This document shows positions 1-9,657 of a stretch of 20,000 bases of DNA, piece after piece. The notes beneath the pieces are model-generated. The model ran no database searches. It had not been told where the DNA came from and was given only the letters and a program-made list of their open reading frames with translations. The stretch is from Saprolegnia diclina VS20 (Eukaryota): positions 57,605 to 77,604 of the forward strand of contig NW_008246219.1 in assembly GCF_000281045.1 (NCBI RefSeq), given 5' to 3'. Position numbers and translations under genes: made by a program. Position 1 is the stretch's first letter; each line of letters opens with the position of its first letter.

Positions 1-2
1 TT

Positions 3-2546
3 GTCGGGCAAGAGCCGTCGCTGTTTTCCGTCTCGATCGCCGACAACATTCGCCACGGCAAGGACGGCGCGAGCATGGACGAGGTCATTGCCGCCGCCAA
101 GCAAGCGAACGCGTACGACTTTATCATGGGCTTTCCAAAGGGCTTTGACACGGAGGTCGGCGACCGCGGCGCGCAGCTCTCGGGCGGCCAGGTATTTTTT
201 GTTGCATTTTTTGCATTTTTGCATTTTTTGCATTTTTGTGGGTCTCGGTTGATAGATTGATATTGTGTAGAAGCAACGTATTGCGATTGCGCGCGCGATC
301 ATCAAGAACCCGGCGATTCTGCTCTTGGACGAAGCCACGTCGGCGCTCGACACGGAGAGCGAGCGCGTCGTGCAAGAGTCGCTCGATCTGCTCCTCGCGA
401 CGCGGAAGCGGACGACGATCATCATTGCGCACCGCCTCTCGACGATCCGGGACGCCGACCGCATTGTCGTGCTGGAGAAGGGCGTCGTCGTCGAGCAAGG
501 GTCCCACACCGAGCTCATTGCGCGCTCAGACGGACACTACCGCAAGCTCGTCGAGGCGCAGTCCCGCGCCCACACCAAGCCCGATGCATCGACCGACGAC
601 GATGTGGTCGAGATGGCGGCCGACACACCGGCTGCCAACGCGCGCAAGATGAGCTCGACCAAAGCGCTCATCGTGACACCGGTGGCATCGTCGCCGGACG
701 CCAAAGACGAACCGCCCGCGCTGTACAAGGTGCCCATGTCGCGCGTCTGGAAGCTCAGCGCACGCGAGAGCGGGCACATCCTTCTCGGGTCGCTCGGTGC
801 GGTGGTCAACGGCGCCATCTTTCCCGTTTGGGGCGTGCTCTTGACCAAAGTCACGGTGCTCTTCTTCGACTACTCGATCTCGGGCGACGAGATGCGGACG
901 CGGGCGTCGCACTGGGCGCTTGGGTTTGTCGGGCTCGGTGTAGCGTTTTGCGTGTCTGTCGTTGTGCAAAACTACGGCTTTGCGGTCGTCGCTGAACGCC
1001 TCACTCACCGACTGCGCTACATGGGGTTCAAAGCCATGCTCCACCAAGACGTCGGGTGGTTTGACCTCGAGACCAACTCGTCTGGGGCGCTCACGACGCG
1101 GCTTGCGACCGACACGGCGATGATCATGGCCATGACGAGCGAGACGCTCAACCGCGGGCTTGTCAACGTCGCGACGCTCGGCGTGGCGTTTGGCATTGGG
1201 TTTTACTACAGCTGGGAGATGACACTTGCGATGCTCGGCATCTTTCCGATCCTGGGCGCTGCGTCGTACGTCCAAATGCAAATGATGTCGGGCCACGGCA
1301 AGAAGCTCAACGAAGGCGACACGAAGGCCGGGTCGCTCCTCGCCGAGTCGATCAACTCGGTGCGCACGGTGGCGTCGTTTACGATGGAGTCGAACGTGCA
1401 CACGACGTACCTCGGGCACCTCGCGACGTCGGCGGCCGCGGACGTGAAGGCGGGTCTTGGCGGCGGCATTGGCTTTGGTGTCTCGCAAGGCGTCATGTTC
1501 ATGGCGATTGCATTCCTCTTTTGGCTCGGCGGCGTCTTGATCACACGCGAGAACTCGGACACGACGTTTGAAGACATGTTTATGGTCATGATGGCCATCA
1601 TGCTGAGCTCGTTTGGCGTCGGTATGGCGGCACAGAACATGACGGACGCGGCCAAGGCCAAGGCGGCGGCTGCAAGCCTCTTTGAGACTGTCGACCGCGT
1701 CCCACCCATCGACTGTGCGAGCGAGACTGGCGCGACATTGCCGACCGTCCGCGGCGAGATTGAGCTCCGGAACGTCCACTTCAGCTACCCGTCGCGCCCC
1801 AACGCCCCGATTTATACCAACTACAACTTGGTCATTCCAAGCGGAGCGACAGTCGCGCTCGTGGGCGCGAGCGGCTGCGGCAAGAGCACGGCGATTGGGT
1901 TGATTGAGCGGTTTTACGACCCGAGCGCCGGCGCCGTGTACCTCGACGGCGTCGACATTAAGAGCCTCAACGTCAAGTGGCTGCGCCAGCACATTTCGCT
2001 TGTCGGCCAAGAACCCGTCTTGTTTGCGGGCACGATCGCCGACAACATTGCGTCCGGCAAGGACGGCGCGACGCGCGAGGATGTGGTGCAAGCCGCAACG
2101 ATGGCCAACGCCCACGACTTTATCTTGCAGTTTCCCGATGGCTACGAGACCCAAGTTGGCGACCGCGGTGTGCAGGTACTTCACCGCTAAGTAGCGAGCA
2201 GCGAAGACTTATGTGGGTGTAGGTCTCGGGCGGTCAGAAGCAGCGCATCGCGATTGCCCGTGCGATTCTGCGGGACCCCGAGGTGCTGCTGCTGGATGAA
2301 GCCACGTCGGCGCTCGACAATGAGAGCGAGCGCATCGTGCAAGCGTCGCTCGACAAGCTGCTGCAGCTCAAGAAACGGACGACGATCATTGTGGCCCACC
2401 GGCTGACGACGATCCAGAACGCCGACATCATTGCAGTCGCGAGCAACGGCGTGATTGCCGAGAAGGGCACGCACCACGAACTCATGAAGATTCCCAACGG
2501 TCTCTACGCCGCACTCGTGTCGCGCCAGATGCAGCAGCCGTCCTAA
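3..2546 (+). CDS. ABCB (MDR/P-glycoprotein-type) full transporter, 5'-partial. Exons <3-191, 271-2175, 2223-2546
   Basis: End of NBD1 ([35 protein letters not shown]), linker, six-helix TMD2, then NBD2 with Walker [11 protein letters not shown]-loop [24 protein letters not shown] and VAHRL. Two phase-0 GT-AG introns (192-270, 2176-2222) restore the frame. Stop TAA at 2544-2546. Confidence 0.96.
204..237. repeat. Low-complexity tandem repeat, 4 x GCA(T)5-6, inside ABC intron 192-270
   Basis: Read directly: gcatttttt gcattttt gcatttttt gcattttt. Confidence 0.85.
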
Positions 2547-2786
2547 GTGCGCTCATTTGGAGTCTAAAACACAAAATACATGGTAGTGCATGCCCAGGAT
2601 GGGTCGTGACGGCGAGAGGTCACTGGCAGAGATGGCGTGACAGAGTTGACCCATGCATAGCGTAGCGACGGTGGCGGCATTGCTCCGGTGTCGAGGTCTC
2701 GGACTCTACTGTGTCTGCGTGGGTTGGAACCCGGCACATCGACTAGCCCGCTAAACGATACTACTGTGTGGTCACTTGTGGACGAC

Positions 2787-2820
2787 TAAGATTAGGGCTA
2801 GGGTAAGATTAGGGTTAGGG
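2787..2820 (+). repeat. Interstitial telomere-like repeat, a 17-bp tandem duplication
   Basis: taagattagggctaggg followed by taagattagggttaggg, containing 3 x TTAGGG and 1 x CTAGGG. Confidence 0.7.
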
Positions 2821-3002
2821 TACAGAACGCTAGTTGCCTGTTGCGTGCCAAGGCTTAGTAGTGCATGAGAAATCAACCGGTACTCGACTACACTCTGTAC
2901 AGGGTGCATCCTAGCTAGTCTTGGACTGTACGACCATGTACCATACTCAAAGTGTCCAGACGAAGAGATTGAAAGAGGCAGAGTGCAAGCATTCTTTTAG
3001 TG

Positions 3003-3185
3003 TCAACTAAAGTCGGCAAAGAAGGCAGCGTCCTTGGTGTGCACGCGGGAGACGATGGTTGGCGTTGTCGTTGGCACGGATGGCGTCGCGCGGTGTCGGA
3101 GGGAGACGACCGAAGTTGGCGCCGGTGCCAAGGGCGAGACGCCCTTGAGAAGACGCGCGACAAAGTGTACTCGTGGCTGTGGCAT
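3003..3185 (-). CDS. Candidate 60-aa small protein (MPQPRVHFVARLLKGVSPLAPAPT...DAAFFADFS)
   Basis: GC-rich ATG-started ORF. An oomycete Inr-like GCTCACTC lies on the minus strand at ~3261-3268, with CCAAT boxes at ~3329 and ~3373. No recognisable domain. Confidence 0.25.
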   Translation of the reverse strand: MPQPRVHFVARLLKGVSPLAPAPTSVVSLRHRATPSVPTTTPTIVSRVHTKDAAFFADFS

Positions 3186-4325
3186 GCTTTCCAGTGCGCT
3201 CGTCCGGATTCTGCGACCAGAAACACAAACGACCCACTGGTGCGCACGAGGCCAAACCCAGAGTGAGCTCCTGCTGCGGCAAAACCGGTGACGTGGCGCC
3301 TTGCAGAAGCGCCCTTGTCGTAATTTGGTCCAATCACAAAGCCACAACGTTAAACGCAGCGATAAAACCCAACCAATCCCAACGCGAGCACATCCGAGGT
3401 TTCGAGATTCGAAGGTTGTCTCTGAAAATGGACCAACGCCCTGGTACCTTCTGCATCTTTCTGTTGATTCTGTTGCTAGAACTGTGGGTAGAACATTCTC
3501 GGATCGATTTGCACATCACAAACATCCACTCTATTTCAAGGTAATGCATGGCGCTTGGAGCGTGCTCATAGGAGCTTTCAGTTAATCGAAGAAAAGGTGG
3601 GACGTGGTTGTCTCGGCTGTTTCTTCTTCCTCCCTTCTCCTGGACCTTGTGCATCGTGTAACATGTAGCAGCGTGCGGTATAAAATCTGGCTCACCTCGC
3701 CCTGCTACCACAGCTACCGCGCCCCTCAACACCCTCGACGATGCGGCATCGTGGGTGGACGTCCTTCAATGGTTGCTGTGTGCCCAGTGGCGTGCGTGGA
3801 CAAGTTGCTGAGTGTCGAAGGACCTGCCTTGTCGCAGCTACGCGCGTCTTGCGCACGTCCAGGTACCGAGAACGAGCCAATCGTCGCTTGTCGTAGCGAT
3901 GGACCAACGCATGCTGGCGTCGGCGTTTGCTTGGCTATTTGTTTCTTCGAGGCGGAGATCTCGCATAAGCTTTCCGGCTGGTGTCGTCGGTGCGGCTGGT
4001 TATGCGCATCCCGGATGGAATACCAGCTAGGATCGAAGCTCTCTTGCCTGCTTGTGGGCAGAAGTAGTCGTGGCTTGGGACCTGCGGGCGGATAGCATTG
4101 ACTGGGAAGCGGCAGCACGAGACCCATTCTTCTTGGCGAAGGAAAGTGTATATACGAGCGTTTGAGCAGTAACTGTCAGAGGTTTCATCTCACACGTATG
4201 TTTTTATCATTTTGAAACCGGCTAGTCCCGTGAAACATGAAGATGCCGTGGTTACAAGGCAGCGCAGATGGCGTCGCCGTCGCAAAGAGGCTTCCGCGCA
4301 ACGACTATTACCAAGCAGCCGCGCC

Positions 4326-6699
4326 ATGGTCGTCGTGTGCCCCTATACCAGCACGCCGTCGACACTCACGACCGCACGCGCCTACTGCAGCGCGCCAAGC
4401 GCCGCGTGCTCTGTCGACGCCACCTGCACGCGGATCGGCGCCGCCATAGCCGTGACGACAGCAACCCCCGCTTTTCGCAACATCTCGAGCGTCGGTGATA
4501 TGACCGAGTGGCCGACCGATGTGCCCTTGTACGCTGCTTCTTGCGCTTGAAACGTAATGACGTACATCGTCGTGACGTAGGCGATTCGACACGTGCCCTG
4601 GCCTGCGCACCGACCACATTAAGCTCCCAACGGCGCTTCAGGACTTGTAGGACCCTTGGTCGAAACCTTACCACTGATAGACTGGTGTAGACGCTTCCTT
4701 GAGTGCGGATGGACAACGGTCCCCGCTGCGTTGGCGTACCCGCCGTCGCTCCGCCAAGTGTACGCGAGTCTTTTGAAAACGACAGCGCGTTGTATCCTCT
4801 AGGATGTGGTAGGCACCTTAGTCGCAATCCGCTGACGGCTGTACCAGCGGGCCTTCCGGCCGCCCTTGATGCGCTGTACGTTTTGAGTTCACTACGATGC
4901 ATCGTCACCGTTTTCCGCCGTAGATATCTCGACGGGTGCCTTCTCACGGCGCTTGAGCAGCTGCCACCGCAGATCGGCTCCTTGTAAGTCGCGACGACCT
5001 TTGCCATCTCGCTCTCACGCAGTCTAGACATCTCGAGAGCAACCGTCTCTCAACGCTGAGCAACGTGGACTTTGACGTTGCAAACTTGTGGGTCCCGTCA
5101 ATTGACTGCATCATGTCGATTTCGCTGGTCCTCTAGGTACCTCGGCGAGCTTCCCGCGGCAAATATTCTCTTCCACGACACTCCTGGCAACCCTATCCAC
5201 ACCATTTTCAACGTCACGATTTCAACACGGTTGCGCCTCATGTACGTCCCAATTCTACTCCACTGCGGACACCAAATTCAACACGGAGTGGGCTGTAGCG
5301 ACTGTCCGCAGTGCGCCATCACAACGTTTGTCGTCAACGAAGCCGCCTACACCGCGCTGCAAGCCGCCACCTTGTCGTTTGAGAGCATTGCTTTCAACGC
5401 AACGGCGTGCAACGCTGTACACGGCCGACCTGCCATCTTGCACAAGTGGTCGATCTGTGTCCTGCCTGACCGTATCTCCCTCTCATATATTGTCATGTCG
5501 TCTCACACTCGCATGCGGTAGCTGACGCAACAACGGACGGGCCATCGACGACCACGATCGTCGAGATCGTCGCGGGGTGCTTTGTGCTTGTCATGGCGGC
5601 AACCTTGCTCTTTGTGTGGCGTCGCCGCCGCCAGCACCGGAACTCGTCGACGGTCGTCTTTGAAGTCTACGACGATTGCGACCTGACGCCCACCTCCATG
5701 TACGAGCCGCGCGAGACGCTCGACTCGTGCTCGCTCATAGTACCCGAGCTCGACACCATCAAGCACCTGCGTCTCGAGGCCAGCGACGTCCTCCTCCTCG
5801 CGCCCATGAGCCAAGGCTCGTACGGCGAGGTGTGGCAAGCCCACTATCAAAAAGACACGATCGCGATCAAGAAACCGATGCCGTCGTTCCTCTCGGCCAC
5901 CAACATGCGGCGGATGATTGCCGAGATCTTGCTGCTCTCTCGCCTCTCGTCTCCCTTTGTGGTGACACTCCTTGGCGCGTGCTGGAACCGACCCATGGAC
6001 CTCATGATGGCGATGGAGTACATGGATGGCGGCAACCTCCAAGGCCACTTGGCGCGCCACTGCCAAACCAGCTTGCCCTGGAGCTTCAAGCTCCAATGCT
6101 TGGTGCAGATTGCCCAGGCCCTCGCTTACCTCCATGCGATACCCGTCGTCCACCGCGATCTCAAATGCAAGAACGTCCTTCTGGATGAGAAAAAGGGCAC
6201 CAAACTCGGCGGCTTTAGCATTTCGCGCGAGACGAGCGCGACCATGACCTTGGGCGCCGGCGGACACCGCTGGATGGCGCCCGAAGTGCTTCACGCCGCC
6301 GACTACTCGACGGCCGTCGACATTTTTTCTTTTGGTATAGTTGAATTCGAGTCCTTGTCGGAAATGACGCTTTGACTAGGCATGGTGCTCACCGAGTGCG
6401 ATTCGCACCGCGCACCGTACGATCGGGAGTTGGACCCGGACACGGGCAAACTCCTCGCCGAAGTCGCGATCGCGCGCCGGGTGTCCATGGGGGAGCTCAC
6501 GCCAACGTTCACGAGCACGTGCCCAGCGTGGCTCGAAGCTCTCGCAACCCGCTGCATTGACTTGACACCGCAGAACCGACCGACGGCCGCCGATCTTTTG
6601 CGCGATCTGCAAGCGCTCTTGGCGGCCGAGCGACGCGACAACGACATCGAAATCGACGATGACGACGTGCGCGGGGACAGTCGCGACAGCCTAACTTAA
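4326..6699 (+). CDS. LRR receptor-like TKL (pseudo)kinase, ~643 aa. Exons 4326-4528, 4581-4646, 4691-4759, 4813-4875, 4924-4983, 5028-5087, 5137-5241, 5299-5471, 5522-6334, 6380-6699
   Basis: Manual splicing at GT-AG sites gives one open frame of 1932 nt. It encodes a Cys-rich N-cap (CPY...C...CSVD..C), LRR units (HLSRNPLTAVPAGLP, YLDGCLLTALEQLP, HLESNRLSTLSNVDF), a Cys C-cap, a TM helix IVEIVAGCFVLVMAATLLFVW-RRRR, and a kinase domain (QGSYGEVW, AIKK, HRDLKCKN, WMAPE, DIFSFG). The start codon is least certain and no clear signal peptide is seen. Confidence 0.85.
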
Positions 6700-7136
6700 A
6701 ATTCTACCTTGTGGACCCGACCGAAGGGTCCACGCGTTCTGCGTACTTGCAACTTGGTTCGCCTTTGTCCACCGCGTCGCGAGGTCGATGCTGAAACGAG
6801 GTGACCGACCGTCGTTCGCACTGGCGACCGCAGTACTTGCCCAGACACGTCCACCACGTAGCCCAGAGGTAACCGGGGCCAGGGGTATTGGTTACGGGTG
6901 CATCAGGTGGGCCCAGTGTCAAGGACCCACGACGCCAGTATCGGCAAGAGTTGACGGACCACGGGGCGATCCCGTGACCTCATCAGTTCCAACCAACGTG
7001 CAATGGGGTGCTCCATCGAGATGAAAATCCCCGCAATGTAAGTGTCAGTAGATAGCCCTCACGCTTGCGGTCCAGCTTCAACCATTTGGTGCCATCACTT
7101 GGCCTTTCTGCGAGATTGCCTTTGCGGCCACACAAC

Positions 7137-9041
7137 ATGCTATCGTACAGCGCTGGACGTCGAGGTACGTCGCGACGGGCAAGTAGGCCCATTGCATCGG
7201 CTCTCGTAGACCCGCCACATCGATCGAGGCTTCTTGCCCTCGCCGCCATGGCCGTGCTTGTCGCCGTCCTCGGCTACACGGCGCTATCGCACGCAGCACT
7301 GCGCGCCAACGCCGCTGTCCTGGCGTCAATCACAACAACGACGCCAGCGCAAGCCTTTCTAGCTCCTAGCCGCCTGCCTCTCAAGTTTGCTGTGGCGCAC
7401 GTCACGCCGCGCAAGACCCAAGACACACGGAGTACGTGCTGGGCATTTGCAACGATTGCGATTCTCGAGCATTCGTACCGACAGCAAGGTATCGCGAACG
7501 GATGGCTCACGCCGCACGAATACCTCTCGCTGTCCGAGCAAGCGTACGGCGCGAGCGTCCTTCGTCTCTGCACGTCCCGCAAAGACAAGCCCCAATGCTA
7601 CAAGACGGCCGTCGACAACACGACCGAAGGCGGCTACATCGAGGAGCTGTCGCTGCTCCGCACCAACCCCTCGGTGTTTCCAGACGCGCTTTGCCCGTAT
7701 ATGCCGGCGCCTGGCAGCAACACGACGTGTCCAAGCCTGCACAACGCGACGATCACGGTGCGCAACCCGCTGGCATTCGCACTGCACCGCATGACCGAGT
7801 ACTTTGGCCACACCGACATGAAGATGGCTTTGGTCCGCAACCAACGGTACAACATTCTACATACTGTACTGCATTGCTACAGGAGAACAAACGAGCGCTG
7901 TGTGTAGAGCACTCGGCTTTAGCACCGAGCTCGCTCGCAGCCATCACGCACTATCTGCCTTGCATTGGGCACCGAACCTCCGACTCACGCTGTGACGTGC
8001 GATCCAACGAGTGCGTGCTGTGCCCCCCAGGGTACCCGACGGTGTGCTGCCTTACCATCGAAGGCAAGTCGGACACCAACATGGACGGCGAGTTCACGTC
8101 CCACTACGGCATGGAGGCCGAGGGTGGCCACGCGATGCTTCTCGTTGGCTACAACGACGAGTACACGACCAAGGACGGCTACACGGGCGGCTACATCCTC
8201 AAGAACTCGTGGTGGGACGGCGTCGCACGGCCTTTAGGACCTCCAAGCGCGCACGGCAGCCACAGCATCCGCTATTTTTTGCAGGTACCTCGTACCCTAA
8301 ACCTACCCTAGCCCTCACCTCGTTTTTCTAGGAAATCTCCGAGTTTGAAGAGCGCTTCAACTGCCCCAACAGCGCCAACCCGGCCAACTGGTACCAGTGC
8401 CAAGGTCGCGTCGGTGTCATCCACGCCGACGCCGATGCGGGTGTCATTCGCGCGCCAATCAATGCGTCGCTTGTCGCTTTTGACGAGTGCTTGAGCGAGG
8501 ACACGCGCCGTGACGCGGCGTCGTCCTTCTCGCCGCTGCATTTGAGCTGCACCAACGATGCGCTCTGCAAGGCGAACGCGACGTATTTTGTGCGCAACAG
8601 CACGGCGGTCGGCGACGGCTTCCAGACGTTCTGCTTCTTCGAGTATGTCCGCGACGGCAACTCGAGCGACGTGTGTTTGCCGGCGATGCTCCCGACCGAC
8701 CTCGCGCACGCATTTGCGCCCATCGAAGCGGAGGCGTATGTCAACAACCCGGACGTGTGCGGCTTTTACTTTTACCCATACGCCAAGCAGCGCGCGGGCG
8801 CGGCCCTCGGCTGGGAAGTGAGCGCCGACGACCTCGACGTGACGTGGGCGCCGCAGTCGTATGCGGCCAACGCGCACAAGTTTCCGACCCTCGACTACAC
8901 GCTGGTACAACGTTAGTTGTTGCTACGGTGGATCTCATGCTGTATGGTGATGATAATTAGGTGCGGCAGTCGACCAAGGTGCAAAAGGCGGCGCCGGTGC
9001 TGGGCCCGATTCCCGTCTACGTTGCGCGCGACGAGCTCTAA
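7137..9041 (+). pseudogene. Papain-like cysteine protease (C1A), type II membrane anchor, C-terminal RDEL; apparently frameshifted. Exons 7137-7846, 7908-8284, 8332-8904, 8961-9041
   Basis: QDTRSTCWAF (oxyanion Gln and catalytic Cys at 7437-7439), GGHAMLLVGY (His at 8129-8131), LKNSWW (Asn), and an N-terminal hydrophobic helix. The exons total 1741 nt, one more than a multiple of 3. Removing one GCTC of the duplicated gctcgctc at 7929-7936 restores RALGFSTELAAITHYLPC. Family call ~0.95; pseudogene status less sure. Confidence 0.75.
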
Positions 9042-9335
9042 GCGGTAGCAAAAGAATCGCAGACGAATTTTGAAATTCGGTGTTTTGGTCGAGCGCATAA
9101 TATAGTGGTTTGGAGCTAGAGTACATCCATTCAATTTTAATTTACTGAATTTATGGACTCTAGTTAAGGGTTGCGGTTGTGTTGATTACTATTCGGTGCT
9201 GGTGTGGCTTTACTAGTATGATACTAGTCCGCCAGAGATTTGTCATTTGAGAGATATTGTTTATCGATGAAGACTATACATACACGCGTACCGACGTATG
9301 AGCTTGCTGTTCTGCTCCAAAAAGGCTGCTCCCAA

Positions 9336-9455
9336 CAAACGCCGCTGCCACGTCACGCCATCCGGATAACTACGGATACGACAAACCTTCGCAATTCACG
9401 CACTTCTGAACAACGAGCATGACATCCACACTGGGTGGCAGCCACGAGCTCATGT
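9336..9455 (+). pseudogene. 5' stub of the LRR-like family: upstream motif plus the first ~12 codons
   Basis: ATG at 9419 gives MTSTLGGSHELM, matching the family start MAATLGGSRELM, then homology stops. 9336-9384 matches the revcomp of 19648-19696 at 44 of 49 nt. Confidence 0.8.
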
Positions 9456-9566
9456 CGCGGCTTAGGATTCAGCCTCCGATTTGCGCGCTCAAACCCAAGA
9501 TCCAGGTGAATACCTCGGTACGAGCCATCTGCAGCAGGGCTTGCGAGGCATGGATGTCTTACGCCG

Positions 9567-9622
9567 CGCTGCCACGTCACGCCATCCGGATCCGGACCGT
9601 TCCATGGACTGTTGTACGACAA
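9567..9622 (+). promoter_or_regulatory. Conserved upstream element of the LRR-like family (CCACGTCA...ATCCGGAT...TACGACAA)
   Basis: 9567-9591 is identical to 9343-9367. Related motifs occur at ~11282-11312, ~12939-12968 and 19648-19696 (minus), each just upstream of a family ATG. A regulatory role is inferred. Confidence 0.5.
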
Positions 9623-9657
9623 TACACTTCGCAAGCGCGCACTTTTCAAAGAGCAGC

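Noticed and set aside
526..2184. 552-aa minus-strand ORF
   Set aside because: Antisense shadow of the GC-rich ABCB exon, with no domain features.
4366..5031. 221-aa minus-strand ORF
   Set aside because: Overlaps the plus-strand LRR exons and has Arg/Ser-rich off-frame composition.
5144..5185. Possible retained or decayed intron within kinase exon 7 (YL-GELPAANILFHDTP-GNPI)
   Set aside because: No AG acceptor is present and the frame is open, so it is treated as a coding insertion.
6950..6990. Hammerhead ribozyme (minus-strand CTGATGA followed by a stem)
   Set aside because: The required GAAA after stem II is absent (reads CGTCAA) and no stem I/III with a cleavage triplet was found.
7001..7034. 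RNase MRP-like words CAATGGGG and GAAAATCCCCG
   Set aside because: They occur in the wrong order and too close together for the P4 pseudoknot.
9212..9228. Palindrome actagtat-g-atactagt
   Set aside because: Short and isolated, with no terminal repeats or target-site duplication to suggest a MITE.
9481..9657. N-terminal extensions of the ORF-track calls (also 11196, 12821, 19751, 16854, 16608)
   Set aside because: Paralogue or family homology begins at the downstream ATGs, and most extensions use non-ATG starts.
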